Virus record (IMG/VR): IMGVR_UViG_3300025121_000886
Coordinates: 1 to 64,000 of that record
Direction: 5' to 3' (one strand)
From: a virus
Length of the DNA: 64,000 nucleotides
Below are positions 1 through 9,700 of the stretch, one piece after another (the first letter of the stretch is position 1; each line of letters opens with the position of its first letter). The notes under the pieces were generated by a model. It ran no database searches, had not been told where the DNA came from, and saw only the letters and a list, made by a program, of their open reading frames with translations. The position numbers and the translations under genes were made by a program.

Positions 1-594
1 CTATCTTCCATGAACCTTAAAAAAGTTTACCAAGGACGCTATTAATAATCCCCCCAAAAATATAAAAATAAATGACATTAAACCATTATGTGGGAATATA
101 GAGATACCATCGGGGCTGGTAACTTCAACTTTTCCAGTATCTCCAGTATCTAATAGGGTCTCCCTCAATTTTATTAAGACATTGGATTCTTCTAACTGTG
201 AAACATTTTTAGGTAACTTCTCTAATTTTTTGTAAGAAGCTCTTAAATTTTTGTACCAAAATCCAACGTCTTCTTTTGGAGTGTTGTAGATAATTGAGGT
301 GTATCCTTGTGTATAGCCGGATTTTTCTATATATTTTAAGGCCGTGTTCAATTCTTGCTTAGCCAGTTCTAAGGTGTTTGCATCAGAGGAAAGTTTTAAA
401 TGACCCTCGATATTAACATCAAAAATAATACTGTTAATGATCCTAAAAACAATACAGATTATTAATGCAATTAGGGTGATATAACAATAACGGGCTTCTT
501 TTGATAGAAATGGATCATTGTGTTTTTTAACAATGTGGAATTTTTTCTGTAATTTTTTAGCTTCCTCATAAGATTTTTCGTGTTCTGGGCTCAT
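1..594 (-). CDS. Hypothetical membrane protein (two hydrophobic segments)
   Basis: 197-aa ORF with hydrophobic stretches YCYITLIALIICIVFRII and LMSFIFIFLGGLLIASLV; AAGGA upstream. Confidence 0.7.
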   Translation of the reverse strand: MSPEHEKSYEEAKKLQKKFHIVKKHNDPFLSKEARYCYITLIALIICIVFRIINSIIFDVNIEGHLKLSSDANTLELAKQELNTALKYIEKSGYTQGYTSIIYNTPKEDVGFWYKNLRASYKKLEKLPKNVSQLEESNVLIKLRETLLDTGDTGKVEVTSPDGISIFPHNGLMSFIFIFLGGLLIASLVNFFKVHGR

Positions 595-641
595 TTTTAT
601 ATCCTTTTTGTTTACAATTTTTTATAAAAATATTTTTAAAT

Positions 642-1496
642 CTATTTAATTGAATTTCTTCTTTGTTCATTTTGTTTATCAAACTCGATCCATTCTTCTT
701 TCGTTTTTATCTGGACTTTTTCTAATCTTTTTATTGTCCATTCATTATAAAGGGGTGATAATTCACACCCCAACCAATTTCTTTTTAATTGAGTTGCAAC
801 AACTAAAGTAGTACCTGATCCAGAAAATGGGTCTAATACAAGATCATTTTCGTTGGAAGAGGCTAATATTATTTTTCTCAACAGCGCTTCTGGTTTTTGG
901 GTCGGATGTGGTGTTTTTTCTTCCATTCCATTACATATTGTGGGTATTTCAATAACATCTTTTGGTTTTGCACCTAAAGGGTTTGGTGTCCATATATCGT
1001 TTCTTTTCCTTTTATTATTATATTGGCTTGTTTCAGCCTGTGAATGTTTGGGATATTTTAAAGTATGATTTTTATAGGGAATTCTAATGTCATCAATATT
1101 AAAAGTAAATCTTTTATCTTTTCTTAGATGTAAAATACTTTCATGAGACCTTCCCCAATCTGAGCCTAAATTAGCTTTATTTTTATAATGCCAAATTATC
1201 CATTTACAATTTTTAAAATATTTCATTGCAGGATGTTTTAAATCAGCTAAAATTTCAGTGAAACCGCAGATATATAATGTCCCATTCGGTTTGAGTATTC
1301 TCGAAGCTTCTTTTATCTATTTAATAGACCATTGAATATAGAGTTCTATGCTTTTAAATTTATCCCAATAAGCTTTTTTTATATTATAAGGAGGATCGGC
1401 AAAAATTAAATCAATAGATTCTTTTTCAAGTTCTGATAACCATGAGATAGAATCTCCTTCATAGAGGATATTCCCCTTATTCTCATATCTTATAAT
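642..1496 (-). pseudogene. Beta-class N6A/N4C DNA methyltransferase interrupted by an in-frame TAG
   Basis: ORF 642..1226 has HPTQKPEALL and VLDPFSGSGTT. The same frame upstream reads LYEGDS...IDLIFADPPYN...YIQWSIK*IKEASRILKPNG, with TAG at 1317-1319. No ATG/GTG/TTG start precedes DPPY. Confidence 0.8.
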
Positions 1497-1816
1497 GGTA
1501 TAATTCTCCCCTCATTATCTTTTATACCAATCACTTTGACACAGGCATATTTAAGATTATGATTTTTTAGCCAAGTTTCTACCATCATATCTCGGACAAT
1601 TTCTGATGAATAGTCTGGATGTCTGCATAAAAATAGAAAGGCTTTAAAATAATAGCTAGATGGGATACAGAAACAGGCAGTTAAATCTCTGGCTTTTTCA
1701 TCTCTAACACGGCATATAAAATCTAATCTAGAGTCTGTGCTGCATCTTTTTTCTGGATTGCTAACATATTCTTGTTCATCAGAAAATCCAAAGCCAATGT
1801 TTATATCAGGTATCAT
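1490..1816 (-). CDS. Hypothetical protein
   Basis: 108-aa ORF in the minus-strand gene run. Confidence 0.55.
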   Translation of the reverse strand: MIPDINIGFGFSDEQEYVSNPEKRCSTDSRLDFICRVRDEKARDLTACFCIPSSYYFKAFLFLCRHPDYSSEIVRDMMVETWLKNHNLKYACVKVIGIKDNEGRIIPL

Positions 1817-1844
1817 TTTTTCATCTTTTAATTCTCTTTGGTTG

Positions 1845-2564
1845 TTACACAGTTTTTTGAGACATTCGTCTTATGGTGAAGTCAATATCATAATTGAAGA
1901 TTTCGGTAAGGCTTAAGATAACTTCGTGGTTATCTGGTGATATTCTCTCTATTGTGGTTCTTGTCCTTATTTTATTGTTAAAGCTTTCACTCCTTGGTTT
2001 TTGGTATGTTCTTAGACTTCTTTCATCTGATTTATCCTGTGTACAGAGGATAAAGGTGACTTCTGGGTATTCTCTGATGAGTTTGTTTATTCTATATTCG
2101 GTATAATTACTCTCAAGGAATTCTATCGACTTCACTTCTTCAGTAATTTTCTGGGTTTCTAGAATATCATAGCTATCAATAAATATAACAGCATCGGGAT
2201 TTTCTTTTAAGAATTTTTCTACCTCAGATAAAGTGCCTGTGGGTTCATGAATAACCCCAGAAAATTTTATATTATTAGGATCCATATACGCTTTTATTTT
2301 TTCTCGTTCGGGTATTGTTAAATCATTTGTTTTTATCCTAAAATAATCAATTCCCGTTAAATTAGATATGAGCATTTTCATTATATCTTCAGCATACATT
2401 TCAACGGGCATAAACATACATTTTCTTGTATTGTTTTGCATGATGTCTAAAAATAGATTTAGCATAAAGGTTGATCTACCACTTCCATGTTTTCCGTGTA
2501 CGAGGTGTATACCTGGTTTATCTAATTTCTCAAAAGTGTCTTTAAAAATTTGAAGTTTAAACAT
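1845..2564 (-). CDS. DnaB/RecA-fold ATPase domain protein, degenerate
   Basis: GKHGSGRST (Walker A-like), FMPVEM, IFIDSYDIL and ILCTQ resemble DnaB C-terminal motifs H1-H3; no DnaB N-terminal domain. Confidence 0.65.
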   Translation of the reverse strand: MFKLQIFKDTFEKLDKPGIHLVHGKHGSGRSTFMLNLFLDIMQNNTRKCMFMPVEMYAEDIMKMLISNLTGIDYFRIKTNDLTIPEREKIKAYMDPNNIKFSGVIHEPTGTLSEVEKFLKENPDAVIFIDSYDILETQKITEEVKSIEFLESNYTEYRINKLIREYPEVTFILCTQDKSDERSLRTYQKPRSESFNNKIRTRTTIERISPDNHEVILSLTEIFNYDIDFTIRRMSQKTV

Positions 2565-2589
2565 TATAAGTTTTCCTTTTGATAGGTCA

Positions 2590-2820
2590 TTAATTGTTAA
2601 TAATTTCTACAAAATTTACAGACTCTAAATAGTTTCCGGTAGATGTTCCAAACCATCTTATGGTCACAGAACCTTTTATGGTAGAGAGTTTATAAAAAGT
2701 TAACGGAGTTTGGTCAACACTATAAACATTTCTATAGAGTGCAACAAGGAATTTCTTCGACTTTTTTAGGTTTATCATTATTATAATTCTCAATTGTAAC
2801 CCCAAAACCCGATGTTTCAT
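2590..2820 (-). CDS. Short or truncated conserved phage protein fragment
   Basis: [28 protein letters not shown] resembles the C-terminus of a common phage hypothetical family (recalled, not searched); overlaps the upstream ORF. Confidence 0.4.
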   Translation of the reverse strand: MKHRVLGLQLRIIIMINLKKSKKFLVALYRNVYSVDQTPLTFYKLSTIKGSVTIRWFGTSTGNYLESVNFVEIINN

Positions 2821-3127
2821 CCCAGATTATAATAAGGTTGAGGCCAAATTTATCTGATCTGAGAATTATTTCAGCACCCGTGATAATATCTAGAGTCGTT
2901 ATAAAATCTATCAGTTTATCCCAGAATTCTTCTTTGTCAAAGGTCTCTTTCATAAATACATTTAATTCTTTTTTGTGTTCAAATAATTTAGCTTTTAGAA
3001 TTTCTTTGTTTTTTCCCATTACATTTAATGCTATTTTCTTCATAAAATCTTTTCCTTGTCCGGTTATAATTTTTAATAATATTTGAGACGTTAAAATGCT
3101 TTTGTTATTTTTACAGACTTTTTCCAT
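2732..3127 (-). CDS. Hypothetical protein (true start may be the internal MKKIAL)
   Basis: 131-aa ORF in the minus-strand run. Confidence 0.5.
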   Translation of the reverse strand: MEKVCKNNKSILTSQILLKIITGQGKDFMKKIALNVMGKNKEILKAKLFEHKKELNVFMKETFDKEEFWDKLIDFITTLDIITGAEIILRSDKFGLNLIIIWDETSGFGVTIENYNNDKPKKVEEIPCCTL

Positions 3128-3140
3128 TTCCTGTAAAATA
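3106..3140. promoter_or_regulatory. Back-to-back CTGTAAAA(A)TA motifs at a divergent gene junction
   Basis: CTGTAAAAATA on - (3106-3116) and CTGTAAAATA on + (3131-3140); the motif recurs upstream of other genes. Confidence 0.45.
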
Positions 3141-3184
3141 AGATAAATGACAAAGTTTAATAAAAATATTTATGGAGAAATGAT

Positions 3185-4036
3185 ATGAAAATTAGAAAAG
3201 ACGATGAGTTAGGTATTCGCATGAAGTCTTATGAGCACATGACAATCCCAGAGAGGTTTATACCGTTTTTACCGATCATCATAAGAGTTGATGGTAGAAG
3301 TTTTTCTGGATTTACAAGAGGTCTCAAAGAACCTTTTGACGAAAATTTTTCGGATTGTATGATTGAGACGACAAAAGCATTGGTAGAAGAAGCTAATGCT
3401 CTGATGGGTTATACACAATCCGATGAGATATCGCTCTTACTCTATGAGGATAATATAAAATCTCAATTGTATTTTGGAGGTAGAGTTTTTAAAACAATAT
3501 CAAGTTTGGCTTCGACAGCAACCTATGTCTTTAACAACTCTCTATTACCAAAATATCTTCCGGAAAAAGTTGGGAAGTGGGCTCGTTTTGATTGTCGTGC
3601 TTTTAATGTCCCTACCAAGGATGAGGCTGTTAATGAATTCTTGTGGAGAGAATTAGATGCCACAAGAAATAGTATAGAGGGTGCAGCAAGGTCTGTTTAT
3701 TCTCATAAAGACTGTTTCTTAAAAAATTGCAGTATGCTTCAAGAGATGCTTTTTCAGAAGGGGGTAAATTGGAATGATTATCCAGACCGATTTAAGAGAG
3801 GAACTTATATTCAAAAAAGATTGGTTGAAAAGCCATTTACAGAGGAAGAGATTGAATATTTTCCTGAAAAGCATAATGCCCGTAAGAATCCTGATTTGGT
3901 TATAAAAAGGCATGTAATATCTGTGATTCAAATGCCTCCTATTCTTAAGGTTGTGAATAGAGTTGGTGTGTTTTTCAATGGAGAAGAACCTGTTGTTTTA
4001 GAAGAAAAAACAGAAAATAATCGGGGTGTTTTATGA
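3185..4036 (+). CDS. tRNA(His) guanylyltransferase Thg1-like protein (3'-5' polymerase)
   Basis: RMKSYE, IIRVDGRSFSGFT, YTQSDEISLL, FGGRVFK, FDCRAF, WRELDATRNSI, NWNDYPDRFKRGT. Confidence 0.93.
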   Translation: MKIRKDDELGIRMKSYEHMTIPERFIPFLPIIIRVDGRSFSGFTRGLKEPFDENFSDCMIETTKALVEEANALMGYTQSDEISLLLYEDNIKSQLYFGGRVFKTISSLASTATYVFNNSLLPKYLPEKVGKWARFDCRAFNVPTKDEAVNEFLWRELDATRNSIEGAARSVYSHKDCFLKNCSMLQEMLFQKGVNWNDYPDRFKRGTYIQKRLVEKPFTEEEIEYFPEKHNARKNPDLVIKRHVISVIQMPPILKVVNRVGVFFNGEEPVVLEEKTENNRGVL

Positions 4037-4431
4037 GTTTAATTACAAGCATGATGATCTTGATAAAGATAAATCCGGGGGATGAGCCTGAGAATCTTGA
4101 TGAATTTATTAGATATGTTAATGATTATGTGAGGAAGCATAATAATAATCAATGTTTTACACGAGTTTCTAAAGAAAATTTAGGGATGTTTGATTCTTGG
4201 ACACTTCTTTGTGGAGATTTTAATCATTTTTCTCCATCTATCAACAAATTTGCATGGTTTCTTTTTAATGAAACCCCCGCAATTTGTAGAATTAAGTCTA
4301 AAGTGATGCTAATCGTTTCTAATGAACATTGGGAACACATGAAGACCTTCTATAGGGTGGATTACATGAAATATGAAAATATTGTTGGTTGTTCTGATGG
4401 AATGAGAATACTAGAAGATCCTGGAAAGTAA
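4033..4431 (+). CDS. Hypothetical protein, paralogue of 4436..4861
   Basis: Shared NDY..HN..C...SK, GxF...PSI....WF.FN.T and FYR motifs. Confidence 0.7.
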   Translation: MSLITSMMILIKINPGDEPENLDEFIRYVNDYVRKHNNNQCFTRVSKENLGMFDSWTLLCGDFNHFSPSINKFAWFLFNETPAICRIKSKVMLIVSNEHWEHMKTFYRVDYMKYENIVGCSDGMRILEDPGK

Positions 4432-4435
4432 TTAT

Positions 4436-4861
4436 ATGAAAAATACAGATATTCTAATTTTGATGAAGGGTAAGATCGATGATTTAGAAAATTATTATAA
4501 ATTTTTGTCAGACACAAATGATTATTTATATGAACATAATAAAGAATGTTTATATAAGACTTCTAAATATACTATGCATTTACAGCAAGATGTATGGTCT
4601 GGCAATTTTGAGGATTTAAAACCTTCTATTGATGAAATTGTTTGGTTCATCTTTAATAAAACAACCGATTTTAAAATGAAAAAAATGTATATGACGATAA
4701 TGATTAATACAGAATACTTATCGATCCCTTTATTTTATAGGAGCATTCCTTATAGCGATTGTGAAAATGCTTTATTTTGTAAAGGAGCTCAACGTTTATT
4801 GGTTAAATATCCTTTTGGGTTTACCAATCCAGATGATTATTCGGTGAAAATGGGTTTGTGA
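4436..4861 (+). CDS. Hypothetical protein, paralogue of 4033..4431
   Basis: Same shared motifs in the same order. Confidence 0.7.
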   Translation: MKNTDILILMKGKIDDLENYYKFLSDTNDYLYEHNKECLYKTSKYTMHLQQDVWSGNFEDLKPSIDEIVWFIFNKTTDFKMKKMYMTIMINTEYLSIPLFYRSIPYSDCENALFCKGAQRLLVKYPFGFTNPDDYSVKMGL

Positions 4862-5016
4862 ATATATCTTATAATCAAAGAAGGATTTAAGATACAACTT
4901 TCACATTTTATTGAAAACAAACAAAAAGACTTAAAGTGGTAGATATGTCGCACAGGTCAATATCTTACTATTATAACTAATGATTTTATTTTAAAAGATA
5001 CTTGAATTTTTAGAGA

Positions 5017-5031
5017 TGTGATTAATTTATA
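5017..5031 (+). promoter_or_regulatory. TGTGATTAATTTATA box, copy 1 (candidate late promoter or operator)
   Basis: Exact 15-nt match to 6585-6599; both copies lie about 110 nt upstream of a start codon. Confidence 0.45.
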
Positions 5032-5141
5032 AGAAAAAGTGTGAGAAATTAGAACAAGATTTTATTTAATGCGTATTTTCCGTTTATAGGCTGTTCTAAG
5101 ATATTTTATAATAATTCAAACGGGAAATAAGGAATACTATA

Positions 5142-5552
5142 ATGGTTACTGTAAATTCTATGAAGACTTTTGTAAATGTTAATGGTGAAAATTGTAAGCT
5201 TGTAATAGGAAACAAGTTTATAGGGTTATCTTTAAAAAAATCTTTGATTAACACACCACCTAATTTTTCCAATAAGTTGCTTCTTATGACCTCAGAACTC
5301 TTTAAGGAAGATATTTCTGTGGTTGTAAACGACAAAAAAATAGCGATTGTTTATAGTCGTAATTGTAATTCATACATTGATAATATTGGTGTTAGTGGGG
5401 TCAACATTATAGAGAGTCGATTAAAAGATATAATGAAGCAAATCATTAATCTTCTAGGATCTCACAAGGATATTGACCATGACAACTATTTCTTCACAGG
5501 ATCATGTTTACCACGATATTCCAAAATCATCGATCGAAGCAGTCTCAATTAG
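5142..5552 (+). CDS. Hypothetical protein
   Basis: 136-aa ORF with AAGGAA upstream; overlaps the next gene by about 75-80 nt. Confidence 0.5.
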   Translation: MVTVNSMKTFVNVNGENCKLVIGNKFIGLSLKKSLINTPPNFSNKLLLMTSELFKEDISVVVNDKKIAIVYSRNCNSYIDNIGVSGVNIIESRLKDIMKQIINLLGSHKDIDHDNYFFTGSCLPRYSKIIDRSSLN

Positions 5553-6501
5553 AAATATAGCTAAAGGGAAAGATATCACAAAAGCCGCAGTTCAAGCCTA
5601 CATCGCCTCGTTTTTGAATACCAAAGGGTCAAGAAGAAACATCTTAAATTTTATAGCACCATTCACTGGACAGTACATAACCGACAAAAGTTACGAGCAG
5701 ACAAATGACGCTACAAAACGACATATTCAACTCGCTCGTTATTTTGGTGAGTTGAAAGAAAGACTTCCTGCTATAATAATCGTTGATTCTGGGGCCACCC
5801 CCCAGAGTTCTTTGGGTGGAAACCATAAAAGATATAGAGATGGTACAAATATTTATATTCAGATAAATAATGTAATGACTGTCCCTTTAGATATAGCTAT
5901 TGCTATATTGGGGGATGAGGCTGGTTGTAATAATATGTTAAGCGCTCTATCCTTGATATTTGGAGAATTAAGAACTCTTGTGGGTGGAAATGTCTTGAGA
6001 TCACCTAAACCAGGTGAAAATTGGGAGGTGAGACTTCCTTTAACATTTTCTACTTCAGCAGTAAGTTCCCAAAATGTCACCGATGACCAAAAAGATGTTA
6101 TATGGAATGCTACTTTATCCATAGAAGCTGAGTATGAGGGTGTAGAAATATTGAAGTATACCATGGATCAAATGAATTTTGTACCCTATTCGAGATCTCA
6201 AGAATTCGGTTATACTCGGGATGATGCTCCAGATCAAGCAGATTTAGGGGGAGATTTTTATGATGGATTTTTAACAGGACCAAATACAATGAAGTTAAAT
6301 TCTCCCACATACATAACATTTAGGGAGGGGCAATATCCATCGGCAGACATGCAGCTAAGGATATCAGATTACCGTATAGCTCTTTTTGATCCAGACACCT
6401 TTCTTGTCACACCCAGAAGGCCAGGAGCATTCACAGTCTACTTAGAATATAAACCTACTTTAGAAGTTTTGACTTCTTTAGATATTACAGTAATTCTATA
6501 A
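5473..6501 (+). CDS. Probable tail completion/terminator protein with C-terminal Ig-like extension
   Basis: ERLPAIIIVDSG motif, position directly before the sheath gene, beta-rich C-terminus. Confidence 0.55.
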   Translation: MTMTTISSQDHVYHDIPKSSIEAVSIRNIAKGKDITKAAVQAYIASFLNTKGSRRNILNFIAPFTGQYITDKSYEQTNDATKRHIQLARYFGELKERLPAIIIVDSGATPQSSLGGNHKRYRDGTNIYIQINNVMTVPLDIAIAILGDEAGCNNMLSALSLIFGELRTLVGGNVLRSPKPGENWEVRLPLTFSTSAVSSQNVTDDQKDVIWNATLSIEAEYEGVEILKYTMDQMNFVPYSRSQEFGYTRDDAPDQADLGGDFYDGFLTGPNTMKLNSPTYITFREGQYPSADMQLRISDYRIALFDPDTFLVTPRRPGAFTVYLEYKPTLEVLTSLDITVIL

Positions 6502-6584
6502 AACCGCCATGAATCAGAAATAACAAGTCATTTTATCTTCCTAAATCTTAATAAAATCAAATACCTACTAAGACATTAAGCTTG

Positions 6585-6599
6585 TGTGATTAATTTATA
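6585..6599 (+). promoter_or_regulatory. TGTGATTAATTTATA box, copy 2, upstream of the sheath gene
   Basis: Exact repeat of 5017-5031. Confidence 0.45.
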
Positions 6600-6708
6600 G
6601 ATTGCCCAGACCGATATTGCTAAAAATTTAACATACGTGGTTTTATCCTATTATAATTTTATACAGAAACCATGCTCGTTCCACAAAATAGAAGAATTAG
6701 GAGGCAAA

Positions 6709-9700
6709 ATGTCTACATTATCCACAAGCACATATACACTCCCGGGTGCATATATTGGGAAAATTATTGAGCCTAACGTTACAGTCTTATCTGGTATACC
6801 TAGATTGCCCTGTTACGTTGGAAAAGGGAGTCGTTTAGCGACCGTTAGAAATGCAGCTATTAGGAGATCTTATAAATCAGATGTTGAATTGACATTTTCT
6901 TCGAGAGCACCTTTTCAAGCTCCATTGACTTATTATGCAGATGGAAATCAAGAGTTAGCAAGACTTTATGATAGTAATGGTGCTGAAATTGATAAAAATA
7001 AATGGCAGTTTAAATTATCTGGAAGTGATTATTCTATTGTTGAATTTGATTCTAGATTTTATGATTCTACAAAAACTTATTATATCGATTATCAATCTGT
7101 AGACCGTACAGTTTTAGATCCTACCCCTTATGAGGATATCAGGACGGTTGATAAGGTATCTGTGACGACAGATACAGAAGAATTTGTTGAATATGAAGAT
7201 TTTATCGTTGTAATGACCTATGATGAATATACGGTAGAAGAAACACAGACAAAACATGATAAAGAGGTTTCTGCTATTGTTCATACTGGAACAGGAACAT
7301 TTACTCATTCTTTGACTGGAACACCTACTCATAAATATAATAGATATTACAAAGTGACATGTATTAGGGCTGTAACAGCTTCTATAGGTGGAGTACTTTA
7401 TTGGTATTCTGTGCCTATATCTGGTGGTAAACTTACAGATAGTCCAACTCTAGACCCAATACAACCACAAAATCCTGTTGATATCACAGATGACCTTGAT
7501 TATAACCTTCATATTCTTAATGTGGAGGCCAATAAAGTTGCAGATCAAGATTTTCTTTTGGAGAATGGTATAACCCTAAGAATAAATACCAATGCCGGTG
7601 CTACAATTGTTCTTAATGATACTTTAGAGTTTAATTCTTATGGACCAGGTATTTTTGAGAGAATAGAAGAATATTCTAATGCTAATCAATATCCAGAAGC
7701 ATATGATTCTATTGAAGAAACTTCTGCTTTGACCAAAACAGGGGAATGGGGGACAGTTTTTGGTGATGCTATAACTTTAACAGCAGATCATATTGCTGTA
7801 GCTGATTTAAGTACTTTAACTGTGACCTGTATTGATGAAGATGGTACATCGACACCTGTAACGACTGCTAAATTAGGTGATGGACCCTATCCTGAAGACA
7901 TGCATCCTGTTGAATTGGCAGCTGATGTACAGGAAAAAGTTAGGGCGGCAGGTGCAGGTGTAACTGAATTAGAAGAATTTACTTGTGTTTATGACCCTTC
8001 TGTTGGTACAGATGGGGCATTTACATGTAGAATCGGTGGTTCGAGTTCTGGAGCATCAGCAGCACAAAGAAGTTTAACTATTGCAGATGCTGTTGGTACA
8101 GTAGGTGCATCTATGAAGTTGACTGCTGCTACAAAAAAATATTCATCGGGTGCAAACTTAACCACAAATGCAGGTTTATCCATTAATGCGACTTCTGCTT
8201 ATACTGGGGATTATAACAAAAATTATAAACTTAGAGTTGTTTCTGTTAACTCTGGGACAGACACAGCAGTTGTTTATTGGACTTCTTATGGGACAAATTT
8301 GGATTCTTCAACATTAGGTTTTAAATCAGGTTATTTTACACTTGATTGGACAGATCCGACGGATGTTGTTAGGGTTGAAATTGAAGAAGGTATTTATGTT
8401 GATTGTGACGTTGATGGTTCAACCAAGATATTACAAGTTGGGGATTCTTGGACAATAGCAGCAAGATGCCCTGTTTTTAGAATTACAGCAAAAGACACGC
8501 GTGATTATACAATTACAGTAGCATCTGTAACCCCCGCCGGAAGTGATCCCACAAAAAGTGGAACGGTAGGTATTTCTTATTATACGAGTACCCCCGAGGG
8601 TGGTTTTGGTTCAACCACATTTAACAATCCCGGTGTTTTAGGGGATATGTCGGCTAATACTGAATTAAGAACCCTTTCTGGTAATTTTGTTATTGCATGT
8701 AGAAATATTGCGGGTGATATTAGGCATTCTGTAACTGTTTCGGGTGCTAATGACAAATGGTCTACCGGTTTGGTAAACACCAATTATATTGATTGGTCTT
8801 TAGGTGAAAGAGTATCTGAAACTTTTCAGACTTCTGATATTTTACATGATGTCTATGGGAACATTACGGGGTATGCCGATACCTACTATGTGATATTAGC
8901 CCATACTGTTTTATCGACCTTAGATGTTGTATCTATCGTTAAAACTGGAAATATTGTTATTTCAGGTTCTATATATGGAACATCTGGTTCACCCTATTTA
9001 TGGTTTACCACAGATCCTGGTGCTGCAATTACTGTGACCTATGATCATCGTGGTGATGAGCCAACCCCGGGGGATATATATTATTTCACGGCTTCTTATG
9101 TAAGACCATCAACGAGTTACGACTCTCCTTTTAGAGTTCTTACCCGAGATGACGCTTTTACATTATTGGCCCCCGCTGCTTCTGATAATGATCTTTATAT
9201 TATGGCTGATCTTGCTTTTGATAATGCTGTATCGGGTATTTATGTATGTCAAGCATCTGATTCAGACCTTGATGGAAATTATACTACTCAAGATTATAAA
9301 AGAGCCATAGAAGCCACAGAAGGACAACCAGAAGTAACTGATCTTATTGTTTTGAATAAAGCTTCTGCTCTTCCTGATGCTATAGCATCTAATGTTCGGA
9401 CGAGTAACCCCTTTGCTAGAAAATTTAGAATGTTATGGTGGGGATGCTCAACTGGAACAACAATAGGGAGCGAGACAGAATCAGGTACTTTGATCTATAC
9501 TGCAAGGAAAACCCTTCAAGTTTATGGGAATTCACCAGCGCATGGTACAAGAGTATTGGTAGCACCCACGACAGCTACAAAGACAATAATACTTCCAACG
9601 GGTCAAGCTTATGCATGTCCTCTTAATGGTTCTTTTGTTGCAGGTCAAATAGCTGCTTTAAATGCTTCTTTTTCTGAACCCGCAGATACCCTTCTTTGGA

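Noticed and set aside
5142-5552. Frameshift fusion of 5142 into 5473 suggested by their overlap
   Set aside because: It would need a +1 shift, no slippery site or stimulator was seen, and ATG 5479 has its own AAGGA.
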